Source: an uncultured Actinomycetota bacterium (GTDB taxonomy: Bacteria > Actinomycetota > Actinomycetes > Streptosporangiales > Streptosporangiaceae). Taken from it: a stretch of DNA of 64,000 nt. Numbering within the stretch: the stretch's first letter is position 1; each line of letters begins with the position of its first letter. This document shows positions 27,064 through 37,381 of the stretch, in pieces. The position numbers and the translations under genes are program-made. The notes beneath the pieces are model-generated. The model searched no databases. It was not told where the DNA came from and worked only from the letters and a program-made list of their open reading frames with translations. The DNA is taken from contig CAVTUG010000001.1 in the NCBI GenBank assembly GCA_963737865.1, positions 21,766 to 85,765 of the forward strand. The letters run 5' to 3'.

Positions 27064-28526
27064 TGGTCGTGTCGGCGACTGCGGCTGCCATTGTCGCCAT
27101 CCTCGGCGCCGGACCGGCCGGTGCAGTTACCACAGTCAAGCCGAACGGCGGTGCCGAGGCGAGACTGGCCGCCATCTCCTGCACCTCGGCCCTCAACTGC
27201 ACCGGCGCCGGGTTCATGAGCACGCCGGGCAACGAAAAGCCGCCGGGCCAGAATCTGGCCTTCGTGGTCAGGGAGCGCAATGGCGTCTGGGGCAAGGCCG
27301 AGCGGATTCCCGGCCTGGCCGCCCTGCAGGGCAGCCAAGCCGGACGCGCCGGCGCGACGGTGTCCGTGTTGTCGTGCTCCTCGGCTGGTAACTGCAGCGC
27401 GGGCGGTGCGTACACGGACCACGCCGGAAAGAACCAGGCGTTCGTGGTCAGCGAGAAGAATGGCCTGTGGGGCAATGCGCAGGAAGTCCCCGGACTCGCT
27501 GCCCTGAACGTGGGCGGGGACGCCACCATCGAGCAGATGTCCTGCACGCTCGCGGGCGGCTGCCTGGCGGCCGGGACCTATGAAGGCGGCAGCCCGGCAG
27601 GTCAGCAGGTGTTCGTCGTGCAGGAGATCAGCGGCGTCTGGGGCACCGCGCAGGACGTCCCCGGCCTCGACGCGCTCAACACCGGCGGCGTCGCCCAGGT
27701 GCGGACGATGTACTGCGTCCACCCGGGCAACTGCACCGTCGGCGGCGACTACAACGACTCTGCCGGAACCCAGCCGTTCGTCGCCTACCAGAACTACGGC
27801 GAGTGGTACAGCGCGCAGACGTTCCCGGACGTCGCCGCCGCGAACACCGGGCTCAGCGCCAGCATCAACGCGCTGTCGTGCGAGCGAAGGGGCATCTGCA
27901 CGGGCGTCGGGACCTACCAGACCTCTGATGGCGATGCGCACGCCTTCTCAGCGACCGAGCAGAGCTACCTCTGGAACGCCTACCAGCCGATCCCTGGGGT
28001 GGCGGCGCTGCCGAAGGGAGGGGCGGCGAGTTCCTCCATCGGACTTCTCTCCTGCCCGTCGGCCGGGAACTGCACCGCCGGCGGCAAGTACGTCGACGCG
28101 TCCGGTAACACGCAGTCCTACCTCGTCACCCAGACCAACGGCGTCTGGGGCAACGCGGAGGCACTGCCTGGCCTGGCGGCCCTGGGACCCATTCACTCCC
28201 CGGTGCTGGCCAGCCTGTCCTGCCGGGCGGCTGGCAACTGCACCGCGACCGGCAGCTACAGCGCCAGTTCCGGGACTTCCGCCGGGCGGATCTTCGTCCT
28301 GTCCGAGCAGAACGGCACCTGGGGCAAGGCGCAGCCGCTGCCCGGCGCACTGGCACTGAGCAAGGGCGGGAAGCTTGCGCCGCAGGCCTTGTCCTGCGGC
28401 GCTCCAGGCGACTGCAGCCTCGGCGGCACCTACACCACCCAGAGCGGCCGCCTGGCACCATTCCTCGCCACCCAGAAGAACGGCATCTGGGGCAACGCGC
28501 ACAGAGTCCCGGGCACCCGCCCATAG
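27021..28526 (+). CDS. Secreted protein built of about nine ~50-aa repeats, each with a C-x5-C pair; function unknown
   Basis: The repeat consensus is SC.sAGNC.AGG.Y.d..G..qaFVv.E.NG.WG.A..vPGLaaLn.GG. It has an N-terminal hydrophobic signal-like segment and GGAGGA 8 nt upstream of the ATG. Confidence 0.75.
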   Translation: MSRRTAGTRSVQVQVVVSATAAAIVAILGAGPAGAVTTVKPNGGAEARLAAISCTSALNCTGAGFMSTPGNEKPPGQNLAFVVRERNGVWGKAERIPGLAALQGSQAGRAGATVSVLSCSSAGNCSAGGAYTDHAGKNQAFVVSEKNGLWGNAQEVPGLAALNVGGDATIEQMSCTLAGGCLAAGTYEGGSPAGQQVFVVQEISGVWGTAQDVPGLDALNTGGVAQVRTMYCVHPGNCTVGGDYNDSAGTQPFVAYQNYGEWYSAQTFPDVAAANTGLSASINALSCERRGICTGVGTYQTSDGDAHAFSATEQSYLWNAYQPIPGVAALPKGGAASSSIGLLSCPSAGNCTAGGKYVDASGNTQSYLVTQTNGVWGNAEALPGLAALGPIHSPVLASLSCRAAGNCTATGSYSASSGTSAGRIFVLSEQNGTWGKAQPLPGALALSKGGKLAPQALSCGAPGDCSLGGTYTTQSGRLAPFLATQKNGIWGNAHRVPGTRP

Positions 28527-28569
28527 CTAGACGGCGCGGGAGCGCTGTGGTGAGAAGGAGGAGAGACAG

Positions 28570-29978
28570 ATGATGGGTACCATGCGAGCGCTGCTTGCGG
28601 CAATTGCAGGTCTTGGCCTGGCTATTTCCGGGCTTGCCGGCCAGGAGGCGGAGGCGGTCACGGGCGCGGCTGCCGGCAGCCAGTTGTGGACGAGCCTGTA
28701 TAACGGGTCAGCGAATGGCTTCGACTTCGCGACGAGCGTGGCGGTCAGCCCGGCTGACGGGACGGTGTTCGTCAGCGGAACCACCCAGGGTCCCCTTGAC
28801 ACGGCTTACGACACGACGATCGCCTACGATCCGGTGACCGGCGACCAGCTCTGGGCGGCGCTGTTCAAGGGCGGCGGCGAAAGCGGCAGCCCCACCTCGA
28901 TCGCGGTCAGCCCCGATGGCACGACAGTGTTCGTGACCGGCTTCTTCGACAACGACGCCGTGATCGCTTACAACGCGGCGACCGGCGCCCAGCTGTGGGT
29001 CGACCGGTTCAACGTCAAGGCCGGGTTCAACCAGACCAGGTCGCTGGTCGTCAGCCACGACGGCAAGGCCGTCTACGTGACCGGGTACGTCCCTGCGGCC
29101 AAGGGCTCGGGCAACGACTACCTCACGGCCGCCTATAACGCGGCGACGGGCGCGCGGCTATGGCAAAGGCGATACGACGGGCCAGCGCACGGCAATGACC
29201 AGGGACGCGCGGTCGCCATCAGCCCGAACGACGGCACCGTGTACGTGACCGGCCGTAGCACGGGCAACGGCACCGGCTACGACGACGCGACCATCGCCTA
29301 CAACGCGGCGACAGGGACGAGGCTGTGGATCGCCCGCTACAACAACAGCAAGGCCAACGGCAGCGAGTTCGCGAACGCGATCAGCGTCGGACCCGGTGGG
29401 CAGACGATCTACATCACCGGCGGAAGCGCGGGCAAGACCTCGAACACCGATCTCACCACCATCGCGTACCGGGCCGCTTCTGGGGCTCAGCTATGGGTCG
29501 CCCGGTACAACGGCCCGGCCAGCTTTATTGACTCGGGCACCGCGCTCGCCGTTACCCCGAACGGCAGCACCGTCGTGGTGACCGGCTCAAGCTGGGCGGC
29601 GCCACCAACACCGACTACGCCACGATCGGCTACAACGCCGTGACCGGAGCGGCCCGGTGGACCGAACGGTACGCGGGCGTGCCCGGCGGCTATGACAGCG
29701 ACGACCCAGCCGGTGTAGTGATCAGCCCGGATGGCAGCACGGTGTACGTCACCGGCACCAGCGAGACCGAGAGCACCGAGGTTGACTTCGCCACCGTCGC
29801 CTACTCCGCCGCCACCGGCGCGCAGCAGTGGGTGACCCGCTACGACGACCCGCAGCACGAATTCGACGGAGCGTCCGCCCTCGCCCTCAGCCCGTCAGGA
29901 CACATGCTCTACGTCGCCGGATACAGCCAGCAGGCAACAACGTCCTACGACATGACCACAGTCGCCTACCAGACGTAG
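28570..29978 (+). pseudogene. Secreted beta-propeller repeat protein (PQQ/SBBP-like repeats); frame broken near 29588
   Basis: It has the signal peptide MMGTMRALLAAIAGLGLAISGLAG and a strong RBS AAGGAGGAG. Repeats are TIAYNAATGAQLW..RYNG..D....AVSPDGSTVYVTG. The shifted frame reads KLGGATNTDYATIGYNAVTGAARWTERY, continuing into ORF 29640-29978. Confidence 0.75.
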
Positions 29979-30226
29979 CCGGCTCGTGGCTAGGCTGCAA
30001 TTTCAACAGTGTTGACTCCTGACTATTAGGGAGATACCAGTGACAGATGGTGCGAAGGGGAGCCGGGGGTTGTTCGGGGAGTTGCTGAACCGGTTCGGGG
30101 CGCTGGGCGGGGTTGAGCTGGAGATTCCAGCTCGGTCGGTGCGGCCGCGCGCGGCTCGAGTACGCGGGTGTCATAGCGGCTTATCTCGCACTATAGTTAA
30201 GCGGCCAATTGGTATGGGAGGGCATC

Positions 30227-31066
30227 GTGGCCGAACTGGCAGCCGACACTGAGGTGCTTGCCAAAGGCGATGACTGGACGGCCACGGTCTCGGAAGACTG
30301 GATGGTGTGGAGCCCGAACGGCGGGTACCTGGCCGCCATCGCGTTACGCGCTGCGGCGACCCAGGCGCCGGCCATGGTCCCCGCCAGTCTCGAGTGCCAT
30401 TTCCTGAAGGCCGCCAAGCCCGGTCCGGTGGATCTTTCGGTCCGCACGCTCCGCGCTTCTCGCCGCGCTCAGTCGCTGAACGTGCGGATGACGCAGGACG
30501 GCTCGGACGTCCTGGAGACCCTGATCTGGCTGGTCGCTCCCGGGCTCGACGGCTATGCGCGACGGTCGCGCCAGGCTCCGCCGGCCGCGCCCCCGGACGC
30601 ACTCCGCTCTCTGGATGGCGTGACTCCGCCGGGGGTGTGGGACTGGTGTCGCTTGTGGGATCGCATCGAAGAACGCCCGCTGGAGGATTTCGAGCGCTAC
30701 GCGGCCTGGCCGGGCGAGACTTTCGCCGAGCCGACTCGCCGAAGCTGGGTGCGCTTCCGCCCGCTGGTAGCGTCCGACGAACCGGTGATCGACGCGGCGC
30801 GATCCCTGATCACGATCGACGTGTTCCCCTACATAGCCGCGAACATGATCCACGGATTCGACGAGCTCACCCACGTCGCGCCCACGCTGTCGCTGTCGGT
30901 TCGCTTTCACTCCCTGAAGCCGGCTTCAGCCTGGCTGCTGGAGGAGACGACGAGTTCCTTCGCCGGTGACGGCCTGGTGGCCGGCGAGGTCGCGGTGTGG
31001 GCGCAGGACGGCGAACTGGTCGCTTCGGGCACCTCGCAGATGCTCTGCTATCGAGTAGCCGGATGA
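30227..31066 (+). CDS. Acyl-CoA thioesterase (TesB-like double hot-dog family)
   Basis: PNGGYLAAIALRAA, LECHFLKAAKPGPVDLSVRTLRASRRAQSLNVRMTQDG and a second half ending in VASGTSQMLCY fit the family. GTG 30227 follows GGGAGGG; the ORF-track start is 30209. Confidence 0.65.
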   Translation: MAELAADTEVLAKGDDWTATVSEDWMVWSPNGGYLAAIALRAAATQAPAMVPASLECHFLKAAKPGPVDLSVRTLRASRRAQSLNVRMTQDGSDVLETLIWLVAPGLDGYARRSRQAPPAAPPDALRSLDGVTPPGVWDWCRLWDRIEERPLEDFERYAAWPGETFAEPTRRSWVRFRPLVASDEPVIDAARSLITIDVFPYIAANMIHGFDELTHVAPTLSLSVRFHSLKPASAWLLEETTSSFAGDGLVAGEVAVWAQDGELVASGTSQMLCYRVAG

Positions 31067-31112
31067 TCCTCAGGATCTGACCGGTGCAAGGATGGCGGCT
31101 CCAGAGCTGGCG

Positions 31113-32294
31113 TCAGAGTTGTTCAAGCAATTCGGGGACGAGCAGGTCATCCGGGGCTTTTAGGCCGGCCACGATGGACAGATAGAGGTCTGTGAGACTC
31201 GGCGACTGGCTGATGATCTCCAGCATCGCTATCCGGCCGGCCGAGATGTCGAGCCTGGCCAGGTCGAGAGTGCTGCGGTAGGGCTCGATGAGGGCCTGAT
31301 CGCGCAGGTCGGCGAACCGGCGCAGCCCGGCGGCGAGCGCGCCAGGATTCCGCAAGTCGGGGCCGACGGCAGTGCTCAGAGCGTCAGCCTGGATGAACGC
31401 GTCGGTGATTCCCCTGGCGGTGATGCTGTCCTTGTGACATCCGGCGTCGCCGACGAGCACCCAGCCCCTGCCGCAGGCCTGACGGAAGAAGTTACGCTGC
31501 CGTCCGGTGCCGCGCAACTGCTCGACCCGCTGGGCGCAGCGCATTCGCTCGTGCAGTTCCGGATTGGTGCGGCGGACGGCCTCGGCGCAGTACGTCGCCG
31601 CGTCCTTGCGTACTTCCTGAAACAGCCGCTGCGGAAAGTAGACGGAGACGACGGTCAGGTCGTCGTTCGTCGGAATAACCGCGATCCAGTTGCCGGGCCG
31701 CTCGTAGAATTCGAATTCTGCGGGCAAATTCTGCCAGACGTCATAATAGACGCAGGTCATAAGCGGATCTTCGGTGAGCGTCTCGGCCCCGGCCTGATCC
31801 GCGACGGCCGAGCGCATTCCATCCGCGCCGACGACGAGCTGAGCCCGTTCCGCGATTTCCTGACCACCCGGCGTGAGTAACCGTACGCCGCTGACCCCGT
31901 CCCCGTCATGCAGCAGGCCGATCACGCGGCACTGGTCCCGGAACTCGGCGCCAGCGGCGATAGCGGCCTTCACGATGATCTGGTCGAGGATAATGCGGCG
32001 CGGCGCATAGGTGCCGTCGATGTCGCCGAGCACCGGAGCTGGCCCGTGCACCATTACCCCGGGAACTCCGTATCTCACCCGGTCCAGCTTCTGGGCGCCC
32101 GACCGGATCACCGCATCCAGCAGCCCCCATTCCTTCAGCAGGGCCACGCCCGCCTGGTGAATGTAGAGCGTGGACATAGTCTCCGACGGGAAAGGCGCGC
32201 GATCAACTAACAGGACCCGATAACCATTTCTGGCCAGCAGCATCGCGGTCGCGCCGCCTGCGCATCGTGCGCCGACCACGATCGCGTCGTACAT
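31113..32294 (-). CDS. FAD-dependent oxidoreductase/monooxygenase
   Basis: It has the N-terminal dinucleotide fold MYDAIVVGARCAGGATAMLLARNGYRVLLVDR and a later GDAGCHKDSITARGITDAF. ATG 32294 is chosen because the GxGxxG motif follows it immediately; the ORF is open to 32432. Confidence 0.8.
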   Translation of the reverse strand: MYDAIVVGARCAGGATAMLLARNGYRVLLVDRAPFPSETMSTLYIHQAGVALLKEWGLLDAVIRSGAQKLDRVRYGVPGVMVHGPAPVLGDIDGTYAPRRIILDQIIVKAAIAAGAEFRDQCRVIGLLHDGDGVSGVRLLTPGGQEIAERAQLVVGADGMRSAVADQAGAETLTEDPLMTCVYYDVWQNLPAEFEFYERPGNWIAVIPTNDDLTVVSVYFPQRLFQEVRKDAATYCAEAVRRTNPELHERMRCAQRVEQLRGTGRQRNFFRQACGRGWVLVGDAGCHKDSITARGITDAFIQADALSTAVGPDLRNPGALAAGLRRFADLRDQALIEPYRSTLDLARLDISAGRIAMLEIISQSPSLTDLYLSIVAGLKAPDDLLVPELLEQL

Positions 32295-32487
32295 GCCCCT
32301 ACCATTGTCTCGCCGGCGGGACGATGCAAGGACGGATCGCCCTTGCACGCGTCTCAGCCCCGCTGTTAGCGTGCACAGATCGAGTCCCGATGCCGTCGGA
32401 GGAATCCACGATCCGAATGGCTGCCGTCTCATTTGCGCAACGAACAGAATTGCCAGAAATCACGCCAGCGGGGTTAGCGAGCGGCCG

Positions 32488-35400
32488 GTGCTGAACGAGC
32501 GGGACGCCAGGCCGACTCCGCTTGACCGCTCGGGCTTGGCCTCCTTCGGGCAGGAGCAGCTCTGGCTCGTCGAGCAGGTCGTGCCTGGCACCTCGGTCAG
32601 CAACGACACCCGCGCGTGGGATCTGCATGGTCCGCTCGACAGCATCGCACTTCAGGCCGTCACTGACCAGTTAGTGGCCAGCCACGAAGCGCTGCGCACG
32701 TCGCTGCGCCACCAGGACGGACACCTCTGGCAGCAGGTCGGCCCGGCCGGACCTGCGGTGTTCGTGCACCGCTCCGCCGACAGCCCGGACGCCGCGGTCA
32801 CGATGCTGGGAGAATTCGTCGCTGCGCCCTTCGATTTAGCGGACGCGGCGCCGTTGAGAGCGATCCTGATCCGGATCCGGCCCGAGCATCACCTCTTCGC
32901 CATGGTCATTCACCATTCGGCCGGTGACGGGCAGTCCTGGGTGTGCCTTCGGGAGGAGCTTGCGAGCCGCTACGCCGCGCTCCTGGCCGGACGGCCAGTG
33001 CCGACGGCGGCAGCGGGTGCGGACTACCTGGATTTCGCCGAGCAGGAGCGGGCGCACTGGGCGGCGAACTCCGGTGCGGCGCAGGACTGGCTGGAAGGTC
33101 TGCGGAAGGCGGCCGGAAATTACGCGACGCTGCCGGCCGGCCAGTCCAGGGTGCTGGTGGCCGCCGCGCGGGCGCTGTCCTTCGATCTCCCGCAGCCCGC
33201 GCTCGACCGCCTCCTCAGCCGGGCGGCAGAGACGGCCTGCACCCCCAACATGGCCCTCACCGCACTATTCGCGGTCACCCTGAGCCGCTGGACGGGTCGC
33301 CCCAGGATCCTCTTCAGCTCCCCGGTCAGCTCCCGGCTCGATCCCCAGTTCCATCGCACGGTGGGAATGTTCGTCAACAGCATGCCGATGCTGCTGGACC
33401 TGACCGGCAATCCCGGCTTCGGCACGCTGCTGGGCCGGGCGCGAGCCGCCGTGCTGGACGGCTTAGCCCAGGTGCAGGTGCCGCCAGCTCAGATCCAGGC
33501 CGCGCTGGCCGACGGTGCACCAGCGACGGACCTGCTCCATCAGGTCACGCTGGCCGTAGAGCGGACCGGCCCTTCGCGGTTCACGATGGCCGACGTGACC
33601 GGAGTGGATCGCCGGCTTGTGCCACCGCAGACGATCTTCGGCCTTACCGCCCGAATCGAGCTGGGTGTCAGTCGCTCCCAGCTCTTCCTGTACTACGACC
33701 CCGCGATGCTCTCCGGCAGCGAAGCGGCCCGGTTCGGCGCCCACTTCACCGAGACGGTGGCCGTGGCGGCGCAGGCCCGCACGGCGGCGGACCTGCCAGC
33801 TGTCCCCGAGGTCGACCGGCGCCGGTTCCTTGACTGGTGCGCAGGTCCGCGCCGGAAGGACGCTGCCGGCCTGGTCGAGCGCATCGCGAGCCACACCCGT
33901 GAGCAGCCAGAGGCGCTCGCAGTCTGCGACGGGGAACAGCGACTCAGCTACCGAGCGCTCTGGACGGCGTCAGCGGCATATGCCCGGCGGCTGCGCGAAC
34001 TAGGCGTCGGGGCCGAGGACGTCGTAGGCGTCTGCCTGCCCCGCTCAGTCCGGCTGCCCGTGGCGATCCTCGCGATCCTGCTGGCCGGCGGCGCCTTCCT
34101 GCCGCTGGATCCGCGCAACCCGGCCGACCGGAACGCGACGCTGCTCACCGCCACGCGAGCCCGCGCCCTCGTCGCGGACCACGGCCCGGCGGCCGGCGAC
34201 TGGGACGGACCAGTGCTAGCCGGACCAGTGCCAGCCGGACCAGTGCTAGCCGGACCAGTGCTAGCCGGACCAGTGCTAGCCGGACCAGTGCTAGAGAGAC
34301 CAGTGCCAGCCGCAGCCCGGTCCGATGCCAGCTGGGACGGGCCACGCGTGCCGGCCGCCCCCTCGGCGCTGGCCTACATCATCCACACCTCCGGCTCCAC
34401 CGGTGCTCCCAAGGGTGTCATGGTCAGCCACCGAGGACTCGCCAACTACCTGCGCTGGGCCAGCGCCGCCTACGGCCTCGCTCCCGGTGGCGTGGTGCCA
34501 CTGCACACCTCACCCGCGTTCGACCTCGCGATCACCAGCCTCCTCGGCCCGCTCTACGCGGGCGCCGCGCTGCGGGTGCTGCCTGACACCGCAGGGCCGC
34601 TGGCCGTCGCCGAGCTACAGCCCGAGAACTACCAGATGGTGAAAGGGACGCCGAGCCACCTGATGGCACTGCACGACGCGGCGGATTCCGGCTGGTCCCA
34701 AAGAGCGCCGCAGGTGCTGGTCTTCGGCGGCGAGAACTGGCCGGCCGAGCACGCGCAGCGCTGGCGAGCCAGATTGCCCGGCTCGCTGCTGATCAACGAG
34801 TACGGGCCCACTGAGACGGTGGTCGGCTCGACCGCGTTCTCGGTGACCGGTCCGCTGGCCGGCACCCTGGTGCCGGTCGGAAGGCCGGTCGACAATACCC
34901 AGGCGTATGTCGTCGATGCCGAGCTTCCGGCTCGTGCCGGCCGGGGTGACCGGCGAGCTGGTGCTCGGCGGCGTCGGGGTGGCCAGGGGCTACCAAGGCG
35001 CGCCCGCCCTCACCGCTGAGCGGTTCGTGCCAGACCCGTTCAGCCCGGCGGGCGGCGAGCGCCTGTACCGCACCGGTGACCTGGCCCGCTGGAACGCCGA
35101 CGGCGAGCTGGAACTGACCGGACGTGCCGACGACCAGCTAAAGATCCTCGGGTACCGGGTGGAACCCGGTGAAGTGGAGGGCTGGCTGGCGCGCTGCCCC
35201 GGGGTCAGCCAGGCGGCCGTCATCGGCGACCGGAGACCAGACGGGAACCGGCTGGTGGCCTTTCTGGTGCCGGAGGCTGCGGCGGCGACGACCCTGCCCG
35301 AGGCTACCCTGCCCGGGGCGACCCGAGCCTGGCTCAGTCGCTGGCTTCCGCCGTATCTGGTGCCCGATCAGTTCGTGCTCCTGGATCGGATGCCGACGAC

Positions 35401-35716
35401 GGCGAGCGGAAAGCTGGACCGGTCCGCGCTGGTGCCGCCGCAGTCGCCGGCCACCGCTCCGAGTTCGGCTGGCCTGCCCACGAGGTGGCACGAGGTGATC
35501 CATGCCACCTGGTGCGAACTGCTCGGACGTGATCACATCGCGGCCGACCTCAACTTCTTCCAGGCTGGCGGGAACAGCCTGATGCTGATGCGGCTGCAGG
35601 CCGTGCTGCGCGAACAGGGGGTCAGCGGGCTGTCGCTTACCGAGTTCTTCCGGCTGGCCACCATCAACGACCTGGCGGCTCGGATCGACGCGTTGTCCAA
35701 GGGGATCTCGTCATGA
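32488..35716 (+). pseudogene. NRPS module C-A-T; frame broken near 34924-34928
   Basis: C domain: MVIHHSAGDGQS. A domain: LAYIIHTSGSTGAPKG and NEYGPTETVVG. After the shift it reads [45 protein letters not shown] and TTASGKLDR. T domain: FFQAGGNSLMLMRL. GTG 32488 is a tentative start. Confidence 0.85.
34207..34311 (+). repeat. Seven tandem copies of a 15-bp unit (ggaccagtgctagcc) inside the A domain, encoding (GPVLA)n
   Basis: The units are contiguous from 34207 with few substitutions. They translate to GPVLAGPVPAGPVLAGPVLAGPVLAGPVLERPVPA and lie between the A2-like LPLDP motif and the A3 motif. Confidence 0.9.
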
Positions 35717-37377
35717 AAACGCTTCCGATCTTTCCGGCCCAGCGCAGTCTGTGGATCGCCGAGCAGATGGGTACCGCTGGTGCCGCCATGCACGCGGAGC
35801 AGGCCGTCGAACTGGACGCCCCGGTGGACACCGGAGCGCTGTGCGAGGCGATCCAGGAAATCGTGCGCCGGCACGCGGCTCTCCGCACCACGTTCGCGCT
35901 GGCGGACGGCGAAATCTGGCAGCAGGTCCATCCGGACGCGGTGATCCCCGTGCCGGTCATCAACCTCGATCAAGCCGGCTCGGCCCGGCAGCCCGAGGGA
36001 TACTGGCTGCGCCACCCGCAGGTCCGGCCGATCATCGGTGCGCCGTTCGATCTCGCCAAGGACTTCCCTATCCGGGCGGGCCTGGTGAGGCTGCCAGCCG
36101 GGCGATTCGGCCTGCTCGTCGTCGTCCACCACATCGTCTCTGACCTGGCCTCCGCGCAGATTCTGAGGTCCGAGCTCACCGCTGTCTACGCGGCTTTCGC
36201 GCGCGGCGCACCGTCCCCGCTGCCTGCCTTGAGAGTCCCGTACGAAGAGCTGATGAGCCGGAATCGGCCCGCTGGCAATGCAGCCGAAAGCAGCCGGCGA
36301 AGCGCTACTGGGCACAGCGCCTCGCGGATCTCGCTGCGCCGATCGACCTAGCCTGCGGCGCGCCGAGGCCGAAGGTGCCGAGCCGTCAGGGTGCGGTACT
36401 GCGAACCGAGCTGACTGCGGCGCAGGTGCGCAAGGTGACCGCCTTCGCGCAGGCAGAGCACGTGAGCGTGTTCGCCGTCGCACTAGCGGCCTACTACCTC
36501 ACCCTGGCGGCCCACACCGGGCAGCGCGACCTGCTCGTGGCCGTCCCGAACCTGCAACGTGAGGACACGGCATCGGCCGACCACCTCGGATGTTTCCTCA
36601 ATATGCTTGTTCTCCGCGAGTCCGTGGTCGGTGCTGCCTCGCTGACGGAGTTCCTCGGGAACGTGTGGGACACGGTCATCGGAGCACTCGAGCATCGCGA
36701 GCTGCCGTTCGCCGAAGTAGTGGAGATCGCGTCGCCGCGCCGTTACCCCGGCTACCGTCCGCTGACGCAGGTTGGCTTCACCGTGGCCGAGGCTGAGTCC
36801 GGAGCGCTCGACTTCGGTCCGACCAGCGGCAAGATGCTGACCATCGACCGAGAGTGGATCGCGTACGACCTGATGGCGTCGGTGCAGCTCGCCGGGGAAT
36901 CGATGCTGATCTCCTTCGAGTACTGCCCTGCCGTCGTGCCGGAAGCTACGGCCGCGACCCTGCTGCGGAACTTCACCAGCATTCTGGGCCGGATGTGCGA
37001 GAGCACCGGGCTCCTGGTGCACGACCTGACAGCGGGAGGGGCGGACGCCGACCATCGCGCGGGAGCGCCAGCAACGCCCGTCGCAGCCATCACAGACAGC
37101 GGCCCGGATGGGCAGGAAGTGACCGGCGGCCCGGCGGCACTGTCGAAACTGGCGGCACTGTGGAAAGAGGTACTCGACGGAGTCGAGCCAGCGCCTGAGG
37201 ACGACTTCTTCCTGCTCGGCGGCCACTCGCTGGCCATGATCAACCTGATGATGCGCATCGACGAAGTGTTCGCCATCGAACTGCCACTCGACGACTTCCT
37301 GCAGCTGCCGACCCTGCGGGAGCAGGCCTGCAGTCGCCCGGCTGGCCATGGCCCCGGCCGGCGACGAGGAAGCGTGA
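35713..37377 (+). pseudogene. NRPS C-T didomain protein; frame broken near 36255 and again near 37329
   Basis: The C domain has MKTLPIFPAQRSLWIAEQ and VVHHIVSDLAS. The shifted frame reads RYWAQRLADLAAPIDL. The T domain has FFLLGGHSLAMINL. A third segment reads AVARLAMAPAGDEEA with the stop at 37375-37377, just before the next ATG. ATGA overlap at 35713-35716. Confidence 0.8.
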
Positions 37378-37381
37378 CCCC

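Noticed and set aside
26982-28526. ORFs 26982-27941, 26987-27547, 27948-28502 and 28126-28524 (minus strand) and 27580-28359 (plus strand).
   Set aside because: They are shadow ORFs of the repeat-protein gene 27021-28526, which has an RBS, a signal-like N-terminus and a coherent repeat structure.
30040-30252. A 70-aa ORF with a reasonable RBS (VTDGAKGSRGLFGELLNRFGALGGVELEIPARS...). I considered it as an antitoxin-like fragment.
   Set aside because: It has only a vague resemblance to the C-terminal ends of antitoxins. There is no partner toxin gene, and the second half is Arg/Gly-rich and looks non-coding. The evidence is insufficient.
31113-32294. The FAD enzyme next to the NRPS, considered as a flavin-dependent halogenase.
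   Set aside because: The diagnostic WxWxIP motif is absent; the closest stretch reads GNWIAVIP. Only the generic GxGxxG and GD motifs are present.
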